Notes: generated from the sequence alone by a model not told the origin. DNA of 64,000 nucleotides from Vicinamibacterales bacterium (GCA_937766455.1 CALLXD010000005.1:6364-70363), one strand, 5' to 3'. Counted from the first letter of the stretch, positions 17,353 to 28,051 are shown. Made by a program: numbers and translations.

Positions 17353-20115
17353 TCAAAGCTCGACGTGACGTAGCCTGAGCGCGTTCGCGATGACCGAGAG
17401 CGAGCTGAGTGTCATTGCCGCACTGGCCCACATCGGGCTAATGAGCACGCCGGTCAGTGGATACAGCACGCCGGCCGCGACGGGGACGCCGACCGCGTTG
17501 TAGACGAACGCGAGGAACAGGTTCTGGCGGATGTTGCGCATGGTGGCGCGGCTCAGCCGACGCGCCTGCACGATAGCGCGGAGGTCGCCCCGGACCAGTG
17601 TGATGCCAGCGCTCTCCATCGCGACGTCGGTGCCGGTCCCCATCGCAATCCCTACCGCAGCTTCCGCCAGTGCGGGCGCATCATTGATGCCGTCGCCGGC
17701 CATGGCTACGACCTCACCCGCTGCCTGTCGCTCCGCCACGATGCGCCGCTTGTCTGCCGGAAGAACCCCGGCCACCACGTCTGTGATCCCGAGCTGGGAC
17801 GCTACCGCCTCAGCCGTCAGTCTGCTGTCGCCCGTCACCATGACTACCTGCAGGCCGTCGGCGCGAAGCTGCTCGACCGCCGCCGGGGTACTCGGCTTGA
17901 TCGGATCGTCCACGCCGAGCAGTCCGACAAGCACCCCGTCCACGGCGACATAGACGACCGTCTGTCCCTCGCGCCGCAGCGCATCGGCACGCACGCTCAG
18001 CGCGTCCGTCGCGACCGCGTGCGTCTTCATCAGCGCCGCAGTCCCCAGGACAACGTGACGCCCATCGACGAGGCCTGTCACACCGTGTCCGACCTCCGCG
18101 CGGAAATCAGACACCGACGGCCGAGCCAGCCCGCGGTCGTTCGCCGCGTCGGTCACCGCGGCGGCTAGCGGGTGTTCGCTGCCGCGTTCGATCGCGGCGG
18201 CCGCCGTCAGCAACCTGGTCTCGGTCGAGCCATTCGCCGGGAGCACGGTTACCAGTACCGGTTTCCCTTCGGTCAGGGTGCCGGTCTTGTCGACCATGAT
18301 CGTGCTAACGCGCTCCAGTGTCTCCAATGCCTCGGCATTCTTGATCAGCACGCCGACGCCGGCGCCACGCCCGGTCCCCACCATGATGGCCATCGGCGTC
18401 GCCAATCCGAGCGCGCACGGACAGGCAATGATGAGCACCGCGACACTGCTGACCAGGGCCAGCGCCAATCGCGGCTCTGGACCCCAGACGGACCAACCTG
18501 CGAAAGCGAGCATCGCGACGGTTACGACCGCCGGGACAAAAAATTTCGCCAGTTGGTCGGCCAGGCGCTGAATGGGTGCGCGACTGCGTTGGGCGTCTGA
18601 CACCATCGTGACGATTTGCGCGAGTAGCGTCTGGGCCCCCACCCGCTCGGCCGTCATCAGCAGCGTGCCGGATCCGTTCAGGGTCGCTCCCACCACCGCG
18701 TCGCCCGCCACTTTTTCGACCGGCACCGGTTCGCCGGTCACCATCGACTCGTCGACCGCACTGTGACCTTCCACCACGCGACCGTCCACTGGCACCCGTT
18801 CCCCCGGACGTACCCGGAGCTGGTCGCCCAGTCGCACGACGCCGAGCGGGACATCCTCTTCGTGGTCCCCAACGACGCGCCGAGCCGTCGACGGGGCCAG
18901 CCGGAGCAGCGCGCGGAGCGCGGCACCGGTGCGTCCACGGGCCCGCAGCTCGAGCACCTGGCCCAGGAGCACCAACGCGACGACGACGACCGCGGTGTCG
19001 AAATAGGGCTCGACGCCGCCCGACATCCGAAATCCATCGGGAAACAGGCCAGGAGCCATCGTCGCGGCGATGCTGTAGAGATAGGCTGACCCGACGCCCA
19101 GCGCGATGAGCGTGAACATGTTGGGGCTGCGATTCACCACCGACGCCCATGCGCGTGCAAAAAACGGCCACCCGGCCCAGAGCACGACCGGGGTGGCGCA
19201 CACCAGTTGGATCCAGTTCGAGGCCGCGCGTCCGATCGGGCCAGCCTGGCCCCCGAGGACCATCTCCGTCATGGCGAGCCCGAACACCGGCAGCCCAACG
19301 AGCGCCGCCACAACGAATCGGCGGGTCATGTCCTCGAGCTCCGGGTTGGCGGGTTCGGTGGGCGTCACCGCCCGGGCCTCGAGCGCCATGCCGCAGGTCG
19401 GACAGCTCCCCGGCCCGTCCTGCATGATTTCCGGGTGCATCGGGCAGGTGTACTCGACCTGCGCGAGCATGTCAGCGGCCCCCAACTCTGCCTCCAGCGC
19501 CATCCCACATTGCGGACAGGCTCCGGGCTCCGGCTCGCGCACGTCCGGGTCCATTGGGCAGATAAACCAGGTGCCCGGTGGGGGGAGCGGCGTGTCCTCG
19601 GTCGCCGGCGCCAGGTAGCGTTCGGGATTGGCCTGAAACTTCGTTCGACAGCCGTCGCAGCAGAAGTAGTAGGTCGTGCCGGCATGTTCGTGGCTGATGG
19701 TGCTGGTGGCCGGGTCGACGGTCATTCCGCAAACCGGGTCGACGATGGAGGACGATGCGGGGCGTGACTCGTCGTCAGCCAGAAACAGCGACGGGTCTGT
19801 CTCGAATTTCGTCCGACAGCCGTCGCCGCAAAAGTAGTAGGTCGTGCCGCCATGCTCGTGGCTGATGGTGCTGGTGGTCGGGTCGACCGCCATCCCGCAG
19901 ACCGGGTCGACGGTCGGGGACGACGCGGGAGGTGCCACGTCGCTCGTCAGAAACGGTGACGGGTCTGTCTTGAATTTCGCCCGACAGCCCTCGCCGCAAA
20001 AGTAGTAGGTAGTGCCGGCGTGCTCGTGGCTGATGGTGCCGGTGATCGGGTCGACCGCCATCCCGCAAACCGGATCTTGGACGTCGTGCTCTCGGCTGTC
20101 GTAATCTCGGCTCAT
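17353..20115 (-). CDS. copA: Cu(+)-translocating P1B-type ATPase with three YHS and two CPMxP metal-binding domains
   Basis: DPVCGM...YYFC...C x3, [36 protein letters not shown] and MxxSS. Confidence 0.93.
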   Translation of the reverse strand: MSRDYDSREHDVQDPVCGMAVDPITGTISHEHAGTTYYFCGEGCRAKFKTDPSPFLTSDVAPPASSPTVDPVCGMAVDPTTSTISHEHGGTTYYFCGDGCRTKFETDPSLFLADDESRPASSSIVDPVCGMTVDPATSTISHEHAGTTYYFCCDGCRTKFQANPERYLAPATEDTPLPPPGTWFICPMDPDVREPEPGACPQCGMALEAELGAADMLAQVEYTCPMHPEIMQDGPGSCPTCGMALEARAVTPTEPANPELEDMTRRFVVAALVGLPVFGLAMTEMVLGGQAGPIGRAASNWIQLVCATPVVLWAGWPFFARAWASVVNRSPNMFTLIALGVGSAYLYSIAATMAPGLFPDGFRMSGGVEPYFDTAVVVVALVLLGQVLELRARGRTGAALRALLRLAPSTARRVVGDHEEDVPLGVVRLGDQLRVRPGERVPVDGRVVEGHSAVDESMVTGEPVPVEKVAGDAVVGATLNGSGTLLMTAERVGAQTLLAQIVTMVSDAQRSRAPIQRLADQLAKFFVPAVVTVAMLAFAGWSVWGPEPRLALALVSSVAVLIIACPCALGLATPMAIMVGTGRGAGVGVLIKNAEALETLERVSTIMVDKTGTLTEGKPVLVTVLPANGSTETRLLTAAAAIERGSEHPLAAAVTDAANDRGLARPSVSDFRAEVGHGVTGLVDGRHVVLGTAALMKTHAVATDALSVRADALRREGQTVVYVAVDGVLVGLLGVDDPIKPSTPAAVEQLRADGLQVVMVTGDSRLTAEAVASQLGITDVVAGVLPADKRRIVAERQAAGEVVAMAGDGINDAPALAEAAVGIAMGTGTDVAMESAGITLVRGDLRAIVQARRLSRATMRNIRQNLFLAFVYNAVGVPVAAGVLYPLTGVLISPMWASAAMTLSSLSVIANALRLRHVEL
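19615..20080 (-). repeat. Three tandem near-identical YHS-domain coding repeats (~165-170 bp period; ends approximate)
   Basis: Recurring blocks aagtagtaggt...tgctcgtggctgatggtgc...gggtcgac. Confidence 0.85.
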
Positions 20116-20234
20116 GATGGTCAGGGTCCCACTTTACAGCTGTCGGTCCAATCCCCGATCATAGCGTCTTGGTCGTGAGGGCCGCCGGCTGGGCCCCTCG
20201 AATGCCCCCAACCCAATCTACCTTCCGCAAAGAT

Positions 20235-20969
20235 ATGGTCCGACGACAGATACTCGCGCTTGCATACCTTCTACTCGTGCCGGGGGTGACCCTGGCCCAG
20301 GACACCGACCCCGAAGAGCCGCCCCGGTGGTCAGGCACGGCCGAGGTGTCCGCCTTGGCGACCTCCGGCAACTCCGACACCCGGACGTTCGGGTTGGGGG
20401 GAGAAGTGGTGTTCGACCCCGGTACCTGGAAATGGCTGGGTCGAGCCGCATACGTGGAGACAGAAGCGGACGATGTGCTGAGGGCGCGTTCGCAAAGTGC
20501 ACTGCTTGAGGTGTCGCGCGCGGTTTCTGAGCGGCTTGATGTCTATGGTCGCGGAGGGTACCTCAGAGACCTGTTTGCTGGAATCGAACGTCGGATCGCG
20601 ACCGAGGCAGGCCTCGCGTATCAGGTCATCGCGACCGGGGCGCACACACTCGAGGTGCTCGGAGGCGTCGGTTTTACCCAGGAGCAACGGTCGACGGGCG
20701 ATGACCTCTCTTTGGCTACGGCCAATGGCACGGGCCGCTACGCGTGGGCGTTGACAGAGACCAGCGCACTCACCGAGGAGGCGGCGTTTGTGGCCGCCCT
20801 GAATTCCGGCGACGATTGGCGGCTCACGAACGAGATTGCGGCCACGGCCGCGCTCAGCAGCCTGTTGTCATTGAAGGTGTCGCAGAAGTTGAGCTATCTG
20901 AACAGGCCGGTCCCTGGTTTCCGAAAGACCGACACGATCTTCGCGGCAGCCCTGGTGGCAAATTTCTAA
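20235..20969 (+). CDS. DUF481/YdiY-like outer-membrane beta-barrel
   Basis: Signal peptide, WSGTAEVSALATSGNSDT, YLRDLFAGI, C-terminal Phe. Confidence 0.8.
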   Translation: MVRRQILALAYLLLVPGVTLAQDTDPEEPPRWSGTAEVSALATSGNSDTRTFGLGGEVVFDPGTWKWLGRAAYVETEADDVLRARSQSALLEVSRAVSERLDVYGRGGYLRDLFAGIERRIATEAGLAYQVIATGAHTLEVLGGVGFTQEQRSTGDDLSLATANGTGRYAWALTETSALTEEAAFVAALNSGDDWRLTNEIAATAALSSLLSLKVSQKLSYLNRPVPGFRKTDTIFAAALVANF

Positions 20970-21004
20970 CGCCCGCACCGCTGTTGCCGCGACGAACCGC
21001 AGCT

Positions 21005-21037
21005 GCGAATCCGGGGCGAATCCGGGGCGAATCCGGG
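21005..21037. repeat. Perfect 11-bp tandem repeat x3
   Basis: GCGAATCCGGG x3 in convergent intergenic gap. Confidence 0.9.
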
Positions 21038-21053
21038 GTAGCCGCCGTGCCGC

Positions 21054-22998
21054 TCAGTTCCGAATGTGCGATTCGAGCCAGCTCGACCGGAACAGGCGTT
21101 GCGCTGCCGTGAGCGGCTGGCCGCGGCGTTCTTGGGCGACAAGCGTGAACGTGGGGTCCGCCGCGAGAGTGACCTGAGCCGTTCGCAGGTCACCCCGCCG
21201 TAGATAGCTCAGGCGCAGCTGGTCCCCCGGCTGATGGGTCCTGCGTGCCTCGTCGAGCTGCCTGGCCGAAGAGACTGGCCGGTCATCGATCGACACGAGG
21301 ACATCGTCGCGCTCAAGACCCGCGTCGTATAACGGTGAATCAAACGGAGCGGGTCCGACCAGCCGGGCACCCTCCCGACCGAACCGGAGCGACGTGTCCC
21401 CGAGCCATCCTCCGCGTCCGGTCGTTGGAGCCAGGATGAAGCCGGCGCGCGCCAACAGCGGGGCGTAGTCGACGGCCTCGTGACCCTCCACGAACCGGTC
21501 AAAGAAGTCGTCGGCGAAGGTGGCGTCGCCGGTCAGATCGGCCAGCGCGATGCGGGCGTCGGCCTGGGCATAGGGACGTGCGACCACGCCAGGCGTGTCG
21601 CCGCTGGGGCGGCCAAACCGTTCCCACAGCAGTCGCATGTAGTCGTCGAGCGTCACGGCCGGGGCGTCTCCGTCGGCGGCACGGGCCCGCAACAGCAGGT
21701 CCAGTCCCAACCCAAGCGCTTCGCCCCAGGTGTAGTACGAGATAAACAGGTTGTTCCAGTTGGTTCGGTCGATGGCGGTTGCGGCATCGGTAAACGGGGC
21801 CAACCGGCTCATATCGACAGCCGAACGGAATTGCCGGCCCGGCCCTCGCCTCACCGTGTCGATGACAGACAGGAACCGGTTCAGCGTGTCCGCGAGCGGA
21901 ACCAGGCCAGCCCGCTTCAGAATCAGTGCTCCGTAGTAGTTCGTGAAGCCTTCGGCGAGCCACAACTCGTCCGAGGGATTCACGCGCTCAAAATCGAAGG
22001 GCTCGAGCGAGCGCGGTCTGATGCGCTCGACATTCCACACGTGAAAAAACTCATGCGAGGCGGAACCCAGGAGTCCACGCTGTTGCGTATCCAGCGACGC
22101 CGGTGAGCTCAACACGGTGCTGTTGCGGTGCTCCATCGCGTCGCCGTTGGCCCCCGCTAGATAGTCGGCAATAAACGTGTAGCGCCCAGTCTCGAATCGA
22201 GGGAATTCACCAAAGACGGTCACCATTTCGCGCACCATCCGCTCGATGTTGTCGGTGTAACGAGCGAGATCTGCGTCGGAGCCTTCGTGATGTAAGGCGA
22301 TACGAAACCTGGGGACGTGGTTCGCGTCAGACGGGTCAATGACGGTGAACGAGCGGTCCACGAAGGCGCTGAACTCGACGGGGCTATCAAGCAGATAGGC
22401 CAGGTTCGGGGCCGTGAATGTCAAAGGATCGTCCGACGGGAACAGCTGGGTCGCAACCCGCCACGCCTGTCCTGGAGGCGATACGAACCGCACGGTCGTG
22501 GGGCGCTGCTCGACCCCGACACCCCAGAGAATGGAGGCCGGCATGTTCATGTGGGCGTGGGTCTCATCGATGGCGAGGTAGGTCCCATCGATGCGGTCAC
22601 CGTAGATCCGGTAGGTGACGTGCACCGTCCTGTCGTGGCCGTCGATGTCCCAGCGGGCCATCCCGGACCGCATCGGATCGAGAGCGTCCCCCGCTCCATC
22701 CTCAGCCCGGAGGTCAAAGACGTTCTTGGCGAAGTCGTGGCGCGCATACCGTCCCGGTGACGCGCTACTCATCCTCAGACTCAGCGCCGCCGGAGGAAGC
22801 CCGGTGAAGGTGATGGCGACCTGCATCCAACGATGTTCCGGTTCAGGAAAAACGGAACTCATACGAGACTGACGGGTCGTCGGTCCCGCTCAGGGGCTGA
22901 GCACCCCTTGCGTGGATGGCCCAGGCGCCGCCAAGCACCAGCAGCAGCACCGCCGCCCCGCCTTGAAGTGCCGCCGCCGTATGCGGTCGGGAGGTCAT
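21054..22998 (-). CDS. M61 glycyl-aminopeptidase-family metallopeptidase with PDZ domain; apparent +1 frameshift in A5 run 22848-22852
   Basis: SSASPGRYA, AMEHRNST, HEFFHVWN, LWLAEGFTNYY, C-terminal PDZ; signal peptide MTSRPHT...AVLLLVLGGAWA in upstream frame joins as YEFRFPEPEH. Confidence 0.88.
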
Positions 22999-23629
22999 GC
23001 GATCGATTCAAGCACGTGCCCGACCGAATGACGCCTCTGATTCGGCTCCGAGGATCTCGACCCGGTCGTTGACGACGGTTTTTGGTACTCCCGTCCACGC
23101 GGTACTGGCGCACGAGATCCGGATACTCGATTGCCGCCACTGCGGACGCCGTGATGTGTGCATTCTCTAGCGCCAGGCGATGGGCAAGGCTGACCGCCTT
23201 GGGGCAGTGTGGTCAGGTTGGCGTCGCAAACACCTGGATGTGGATCGGTTGGTCCACTGTCGCGACGAGCGCCCGGCTCTCGTCGCTCAACCCCGAGTCG
23301 CCGGAGGCCACCAGCGCGATCGCCTCGACGAGTGACACCAGCTCGTGGCCCTCTGGCACTCCGTAGAAGCGAATTCCGACATCCGACTCGCCGACCACGG
23401 CAATGGCGGGCACGCGTTGTATGCCATAGGCCTCGACCTGATCGGTGTCGAGGACCAGATTGAACTCTTCGACCGTGATCTGGTCGGAGACCGACGCGAC
23501 GCGGTCCACGACCTGTCGCGCGGACAGACAGGAGTCGCAACCGAATGTTTGGGTAAAGAACACCAGCCTCACCGGGGCATCAAGGCCGGCCAGCGTCGCT
23601 TCGAGGTCGTCCGGGGTGCGAGCATTCAT
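22995..23629 (-). CDS. Two-domain protein-disulfide oxidoreductase (PDO/AhpF-NTD-like), probable selenoprotein (UGA at 23213-23215); two further +1 shifts near 23090 and 23020
   Basis: CDSC and VP in domain 1; FATPT-UGA-PHCPKAVSLAHRLALEN...EYPDLVRQYRVDG continues in frame; corrected end VPKTVVNDRVEILGA...VLESIA with ATGA overlap to M61 gene. Confidence 0.82.
23185..23201 (-). promoter_or_regulatory. Putative bacterial SECIS hairpin
   Basis: mRNA CAAGGC-GGUCA-GCCUUG; loop starts 17 nt after UGA and begins with GGU. Confidence 0.65.
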
Positions 23630-23677
23630 GGCGCAATTATCGCAGGTGCGGCAACCGGTCGCCACCGGGCCGGCGTT

Positions 23678-24133
23678 CTACTTGAACAGGTCGTCAAACT
23701 TGTCTTTCACGCTCCGCACACCGCGCACCGAGCCGGTTACCTCCGAATGGGTCTGGCGCTCGACCGTGACCCGAGGTTCGAACCGGTCACACTGATTCCG
23801 CACATCCTTGGGAGAGACCCGGACGGGAATCGGCTGCATGCATTCGAAATGGCTGCCGCCGTCGAAGGACGCGCACTGCCCGCATGTGCGCAGGTCGGCG
23901 TCGCAACCTGGGCAGGTCGACTCAGGTCCGATCACCAGCGACAGTGTATTCCCGCAGCGCGCGCACCGGACGACATCGTGAAAACCCGGCATGTTGGGCG
24001 TCCGATGCTCGCGGTTGATAACGCCGCGCGGTGCGCCCTCACGGGGGGCCTTGGGTTTCGGGCCGCGAGACGTCCGCTCCCGGTCCCGGTCGTCGTCCTG
24101 GTAACCGCGCTGCTGGTATTTCCGGTCGCTCAT
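23678..24133 (-). CDS. Cys-rich (zinc-ribbon-like) hypothetical protein
   Basis: MSDRKYQQRGYQD; CARC, CPGC, CGQC plus two more Cys; ends FDDLFK. Confidence 0.75.
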   Translation of the reverse strand: MSDRKYQQRGYQDDDRDRERTSRGPKPKAPREGAPRGVINREHRTPNMPGFHDVVRCARCGNTLSLVIGPESTCPGCDADLRTCGQCASFDGGSHFECMQPIPVRVSPKDVRNQCDRFEPRVTVERQTHSEVTGSVRGVRSVKDKFDDLFK

Positions 24134-24204
24134 GACTTGGTTCCCGAGTGCCGTGCCAGAGGCTGGTCGCCGCCCGGCGGGTTCAGTCGGTCGAGCAGAC
24201 CCTC

Positions 24205-24729
24205 TTAGTGCGGGTAGCCCGCAAGCCGCGGTTTGCCGGGCTGCCAATCCGGTACGCGAGCGAAGGCGTCACGGTTGGGCATCTCGATCGCGGGCAGACT
24301 CTCGGCGTCGAGGACGGTCTCCTCCGCAATGACGTCGTTTATGAATAGCAGATAGGCGGTGAGCGCGTAGACCTGATCGGCCGTGAGCGTCCCCTCTCGA
24401 TTGAGGGGCATGCCACGATTGATGTAGTCCCAGACCACGGTGGCGTATGGCGCGCGAATCGGGAGAATTCTTCCGAAGTCCCACGGGTGGTCCGGCTGGA
24501 CGTCGCGTTTGACCAGCCGGGGCCCGCTACCTCCGCTCGCGTCCGCTCCGTGGCACGACGCGCACTGTCTCCGATAGACGAGCCGGCCTTCCTCAGACGT
24601 GCCCTGCCCCGGCGGAAGCTCCTCTCCCGTGGGGCTGATGGAGATGTCCCAGGCTCGAATTTCCTCTTCAGTCGGCGTCCGTCCGACACCCGTGGGCCCC
24701 TGCGCCAGGGCGTTCGTGCCCAGGAGCAT
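24205..24729 (-). CDS. Monoheme cytochrome c, SoxD-like (start uncertain, may be slightly upstream)
   Basis: GVGRTPTEEEIRAWDI, LPPGQG, CASCHG, PYATVVWDYINRGMP, MPNRDAF. Confidence 0.85.
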   Translation of the reverse strand: MLLGTNALAQGPTGVGRTPTEEEIRAWDISISPTGEELPPGQGTSEEGRLVYRRQCASCHGADASGGSGPRLVKRDVQPDHPWDFGRILPIRAPYATVVWDYINRGMPLNREGTLTADQVYALTAYLLFINDVIAEETVLDAESLPAIEMPNRDAFARVPDWQPGKPRLAGYPH

Positions 24730-24892
24730 GAACACCGCGAAAACCCCCAGGACACGGACGAATTGCGAACACGTCGTCGCACTACTCGGTGTTCTGGCGA
24801 GGCGTTCGCCTGGCAAGGCGCGACGAGGGAGCAGCCAGGCGGGCTGTGACCGAGGAAGCAACGCAGTCCAGGCGGGCGCCTCGCCAGAACAC

Positions 24893-26130
24893 CTACGTGA
24901 TTGCATTCTGCACGCTCCCGTCGCTCGCGATGTGCCACGGCTGAATGGAATTGTCCATGTCCGGGCACACCGCGCGAGTCGAAGAACTCGGTGATCTGGC
25001 CGCGTGCCGGCTGCACCTGGCCGATGTCGTCCGTGCTGCGTGACAGCAGCTCGGCCTCGTTTCCATCCCAGTTCCACTGGAACGTGAACCGCGTGTGCGC
25101 CATGCGGTGGGCCGTGCCCTGAATCTGGGCGTCCGCCCAGCTCCGGCCGCCGTCGGTGGAGACCTCCACCCGGCCAATGGCGCCCCCACCGGACCACGCC
25201 AGGCCGCTGATCTCGTAGGCCCCGCGGTCAGGCAACTGCTGTCCCCCGGACGGAGAGGTGATGACCGATTTCGGTCCGATCTGGTACCCCAGCGCCGCGG
25301 TATCCGGGTCTCGGGTGAGATGCCCAAAATCGTTGTAGGTCATGTAGTACCGGTCCACGATCTTTGACGCGCCGGAGATACTTCGAGTTGAAGATGCCTT
25401 CGAAGCCGGGCACCAGCAGTCGCAGCGGAAACCCATTCTGGGGACGCACCGCCTCGCCGTTCATGCCGTAGGCCACGACACAATCGTCCATCGCCTTCTC
25501 GATCGGGATGCTGGACGCGCCCTTCACTTCCTCGACCCCCTCCGCGACCATCCACTTCCCGGTGCCCTTCACGCCCGTTTCCTTCAGCAGAGTGGACAGG
25601 AGCACCCCGGTCCATTCCGCACAACTGGTCATCCCGTGTGTTTCCTGCACCGTCTTGTGCTGCGACCTCGAACGGTTGCCCGCGCACTCGATGAAATGCG
25701 GCCGGGTCACCGAGGGGAGGCGCTTCAAGTCCTCCATGGTGAAGACCAGCGGCCGGTCCACCAGCCCGTGGATCAGGAGCCGGTGTTCCCGTGGGTCGAT
25801 CTCCGGCACGAAGGAGCCGCGCGTGGTTCCGATGAAGTGGAGCGACGATGGCGTGATCATCCCCACCGAATCCTGCAGCGGCGCCGCGATATGGAAGAGC
25901 TTCCCAAACGCATCGGGTGAGGGTCTGCTGTCTGGCGGGTGCGCGATGCGGACCGAGTTCACGAAACGAGAGCGCGAGCCGTACGCGACCAGTTCGTCCG
26001 TGCCCTTGATGAAGGTCTCGGGGTTCGGCAGTTGGCCCAGCGCCGGCTCCGCAGCCCCCAAGGTCAGGCCACCGGCCAAGGCGGCGCTGCCTTTAAGGAA
26101 TCCTCTTCGATCAGGTCGTGTCGAACCCAT
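24893..26130 (-). CDS. Tat-exported sulfite-oxidase-family molybdoenzyme, SoxC-like; two apparent +1 frameshifts (~25363, ~24962)
   Basis: RRGFLK Tat motif, GMITPSSLHF, FIECAGN (Mo-Cys), SCAEWTGV, GFPLRLLVPGFEG; next frame KSVITSPSGG, ISGLAWSG, VEVSTDGG; final frame NSIQPWHIASDGSVQN. Confidence 0.85.
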
Positions 26131-26280
26131 GGTCTCTCCTCTTCGCGAATCAGATCGCCTCGCGTCGTGTCCCGGTGGTCCGAGTATAAGCCCATGGCGC
26201 GGCAAAAAGGGCCACGACCACGCCGCGCGGGACGGAGCGGGACCTGTCGTCCCGGCCAGACGACTGGCCGGTCCAGGTTC

Positions 26281-26340
26281 AATCGAGGGTTGAATCGAGG
26301 GCCGAATTGAGGGCCGAATTGAGGGCCGCACTCGAGGGTC
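26281..26340. repeat. 12-bp tandem repeat (4 copies plus 1 degenerate) in divergent intergenic region
   Basis: AATCGAGGGTTG, AATCGAGGGCCG, AATTGAGGGCCG, AATTGAGGGCCG, then CACTCGAGGGTC. Confidence 0.85.
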
Positions 26341-26387
26341 CAAAAAGAGGACCGAGATCGACCAAGATGTAGTCGAACCGACGAGCC

Positions 26388-27326
26388 ATGACCGAAAACC
26401 TCGGCCGCCTCGACCGCTACCTCCTGTCCCTCCCCGAGCGCACGGTGCGCGCCGCGACCGCCGCCACCGCGGGCCTCCTCCGCGAGCTCGGTGACGCCGC
26501 GCTCCCGAAGGCCCTCCGGCGCACCAACCTCTACCGCACCATGGTCGAAGGGACGCTGCGTTTCCTCATCGAGACCGTGGGCGAGGTGGATGGGACGTTC
26601 CCGCACGCTGGCAAGCCCGGCGAGGATTTTCTGTTGCGGCGCGCCGCCGGCAATGGCATCGAGATGGCCGGCATCCTGGCGTTTCGGGCGTCTCCGGTGT
26701 GGGTGCTCGCGGCGCTGGCGGACGTGTCCGGGGCCAGCCGCATGTTGATCCGGGAGATCGCGGACTCTCTAAAAGACGAGGGGCTGCTTGATCCTGATGC
26801 GGAGTACGAGACCGTGGACCACGTCCTCGCCGGGCTGGAACTGGCGTCGGGTCGGGTTGCCGAGGCCGTGAACACGCCGCCGCTGGACGTCGCCGGGCTA
26901 CGCCGGGAATGGCGGGAGATCGAAGCACGCGTGCGCTCGATCCCGCCCGAGCGGATGCCCGCCGCCGACCGCCTCTGGGAGGGTTGGCGAGAGCTGCGCG
27001 CTGAAGCCGAGGCGCAAGGGCGTTCGGTATTTCAGATGTCTTCTCTCATGGCGGTCTCGGCTCTGGGTGCGTTGCCGGCCGGCGTGCGCTGGCTGTCGCT
27101 GAGTGCCGCCACCGCGGCGAAGAGCACCAGTGACATCTTCGCCGACGCGCTACTCGATCACTATCGCGACACGCTCGTGGAGGTCCGCCGCGTCGGCGTC
27201 ATCGCGTACTGGCGCGGCCAGTTCGAGCCCTACTTGCGTGCTGCGGCAAAGCAATTCTCGCCGGGGCGGCGCAGCTTGACTGAGCGGCTCTTGGATCGAC
27301 GGAATTCGGGGCCGCCCGCGCGATAG
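26388..27326 (+). CDS. Hypothetical helical protein
   Basis: 312-aa ORF with GC3-biased codons; YLLSLPERTVR, SPVWVLAALAD; no family recognised. Confidence 0.7.
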   Translation: MTENLGRLDRYLLSLPERTVRAATAATAGLLRELGDAALPKALRRTNLYRTMVEGTLRFLIETVGEVDGTFPHAGKPGEDFLLRRAAGNGIEMAGILAFRASPVWVLAALADVSGASRMLIREIADSLKDEGLLDPDAEYETVDHVLAGLELASGRVAEAVNTPPLDVAGLRREWREIEARVRSIPPERMPAADRLWEGWRELRAEAEAQGRSVFQMSSLMAVSALGALPAGVRWLSLSAATAAKSTSDIFADALLDHYRDTLVEVRRVGVIAYWRGQFEPYLRAAAKQFSPGRRSLTERLLDRRNSGPPAR

Positions 27327-27387
27327 CATGTCCGACCTCGACCCGCCGGTCGCCGCGACCACGGCAGCCAGCAGGCGGTTCGGCCGG

Positions 27388-27918
27388 TCATTCACTACCC
27401 GGTCGAACCCGACCCCGAAGTCCGGCCAGTTGGTTCCCGGCCTTGTCGGCGCTGAAGACGACCTCCGGGTTGGCGCTAAGTACATGGCGTACCGCAGATT
27501 CCGATACCGCGGCCATCTGTGCGAGCCGCGGGATGCTACGCCATTTGAACTTTGGCGATGCCAACGCTTCCTCAAGGCGTCGCTCCGTTTCGTCTGGCGA
27601 CGATGCCGTGGATGCCGCAGGCTCTTCCTCCAACGACCGTGACCCCGCTTGACGCTCAAGCGCATCCACGGCCTGTTTCAGTGCCTCAAGCTCTTCTCGC
27701 ACCGGGTCGACCTCCTGATCAACCTTCTCGGAGAGGTCGCGCAGTCGGATGTTGCCTGTGCCCCAGTCGATCGCAATATCCCCGCGGCTCAAGAGCCCGC
27801 CAAGTTGTTGCCGAAAGAAGAGGCTACTGAAGATGATGATGATGAATAGGAGAAACGGCCAATCGAGTACGCCCTCGAGCAGCAGGAGCCACGGGTCCGT
27901 AGATTGTGGGTCTGGCAT
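27388..27918 (-). CDS. Hypothetical membrane-anchored coiled-coil protein with possible C-terminal HTH
   Basis: TM helix WPFLLFIIIIFSSLFF, coiled coil, WRSIPRLAQMAAVSESAVRHVL. Confidence 0.6.
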   Translation of the reverse strand: MPDPQSTDPWLLLLEGVLDWPFLLFIIIIFSSLFFRQQLGGLLSRGDIAIDWGTGNIRLRDLSEKVDQEVDPVREELEALKQAVDALERQAGSRSLEEEPAASTASSPDETERRLEEALASPKFKWRSIPRLAQMAAVSESAVRHVLSANPEVVFSADKAGNQLAGLRGRVRPGSE

Positions 27919-28051
27919 GTGTCCTAGATCCTCTTTGGCCAATGTGCCGCGTCTAGCCGAGGGCCAGCAGCTTCGGTTCTTGCCTCATGCTTGCCGTCGC
28001 CCGGCTGGACAAGCGGATTCCGCCCAGACGAGCGACCCCGCGGCGTTGTTG

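Noticed and set aside
26281-26340. CRISPR array (also considered for 21005-21037)
   Set aside because: Units are 11-12 bp, directly abutting, with no spacers and no cas genes
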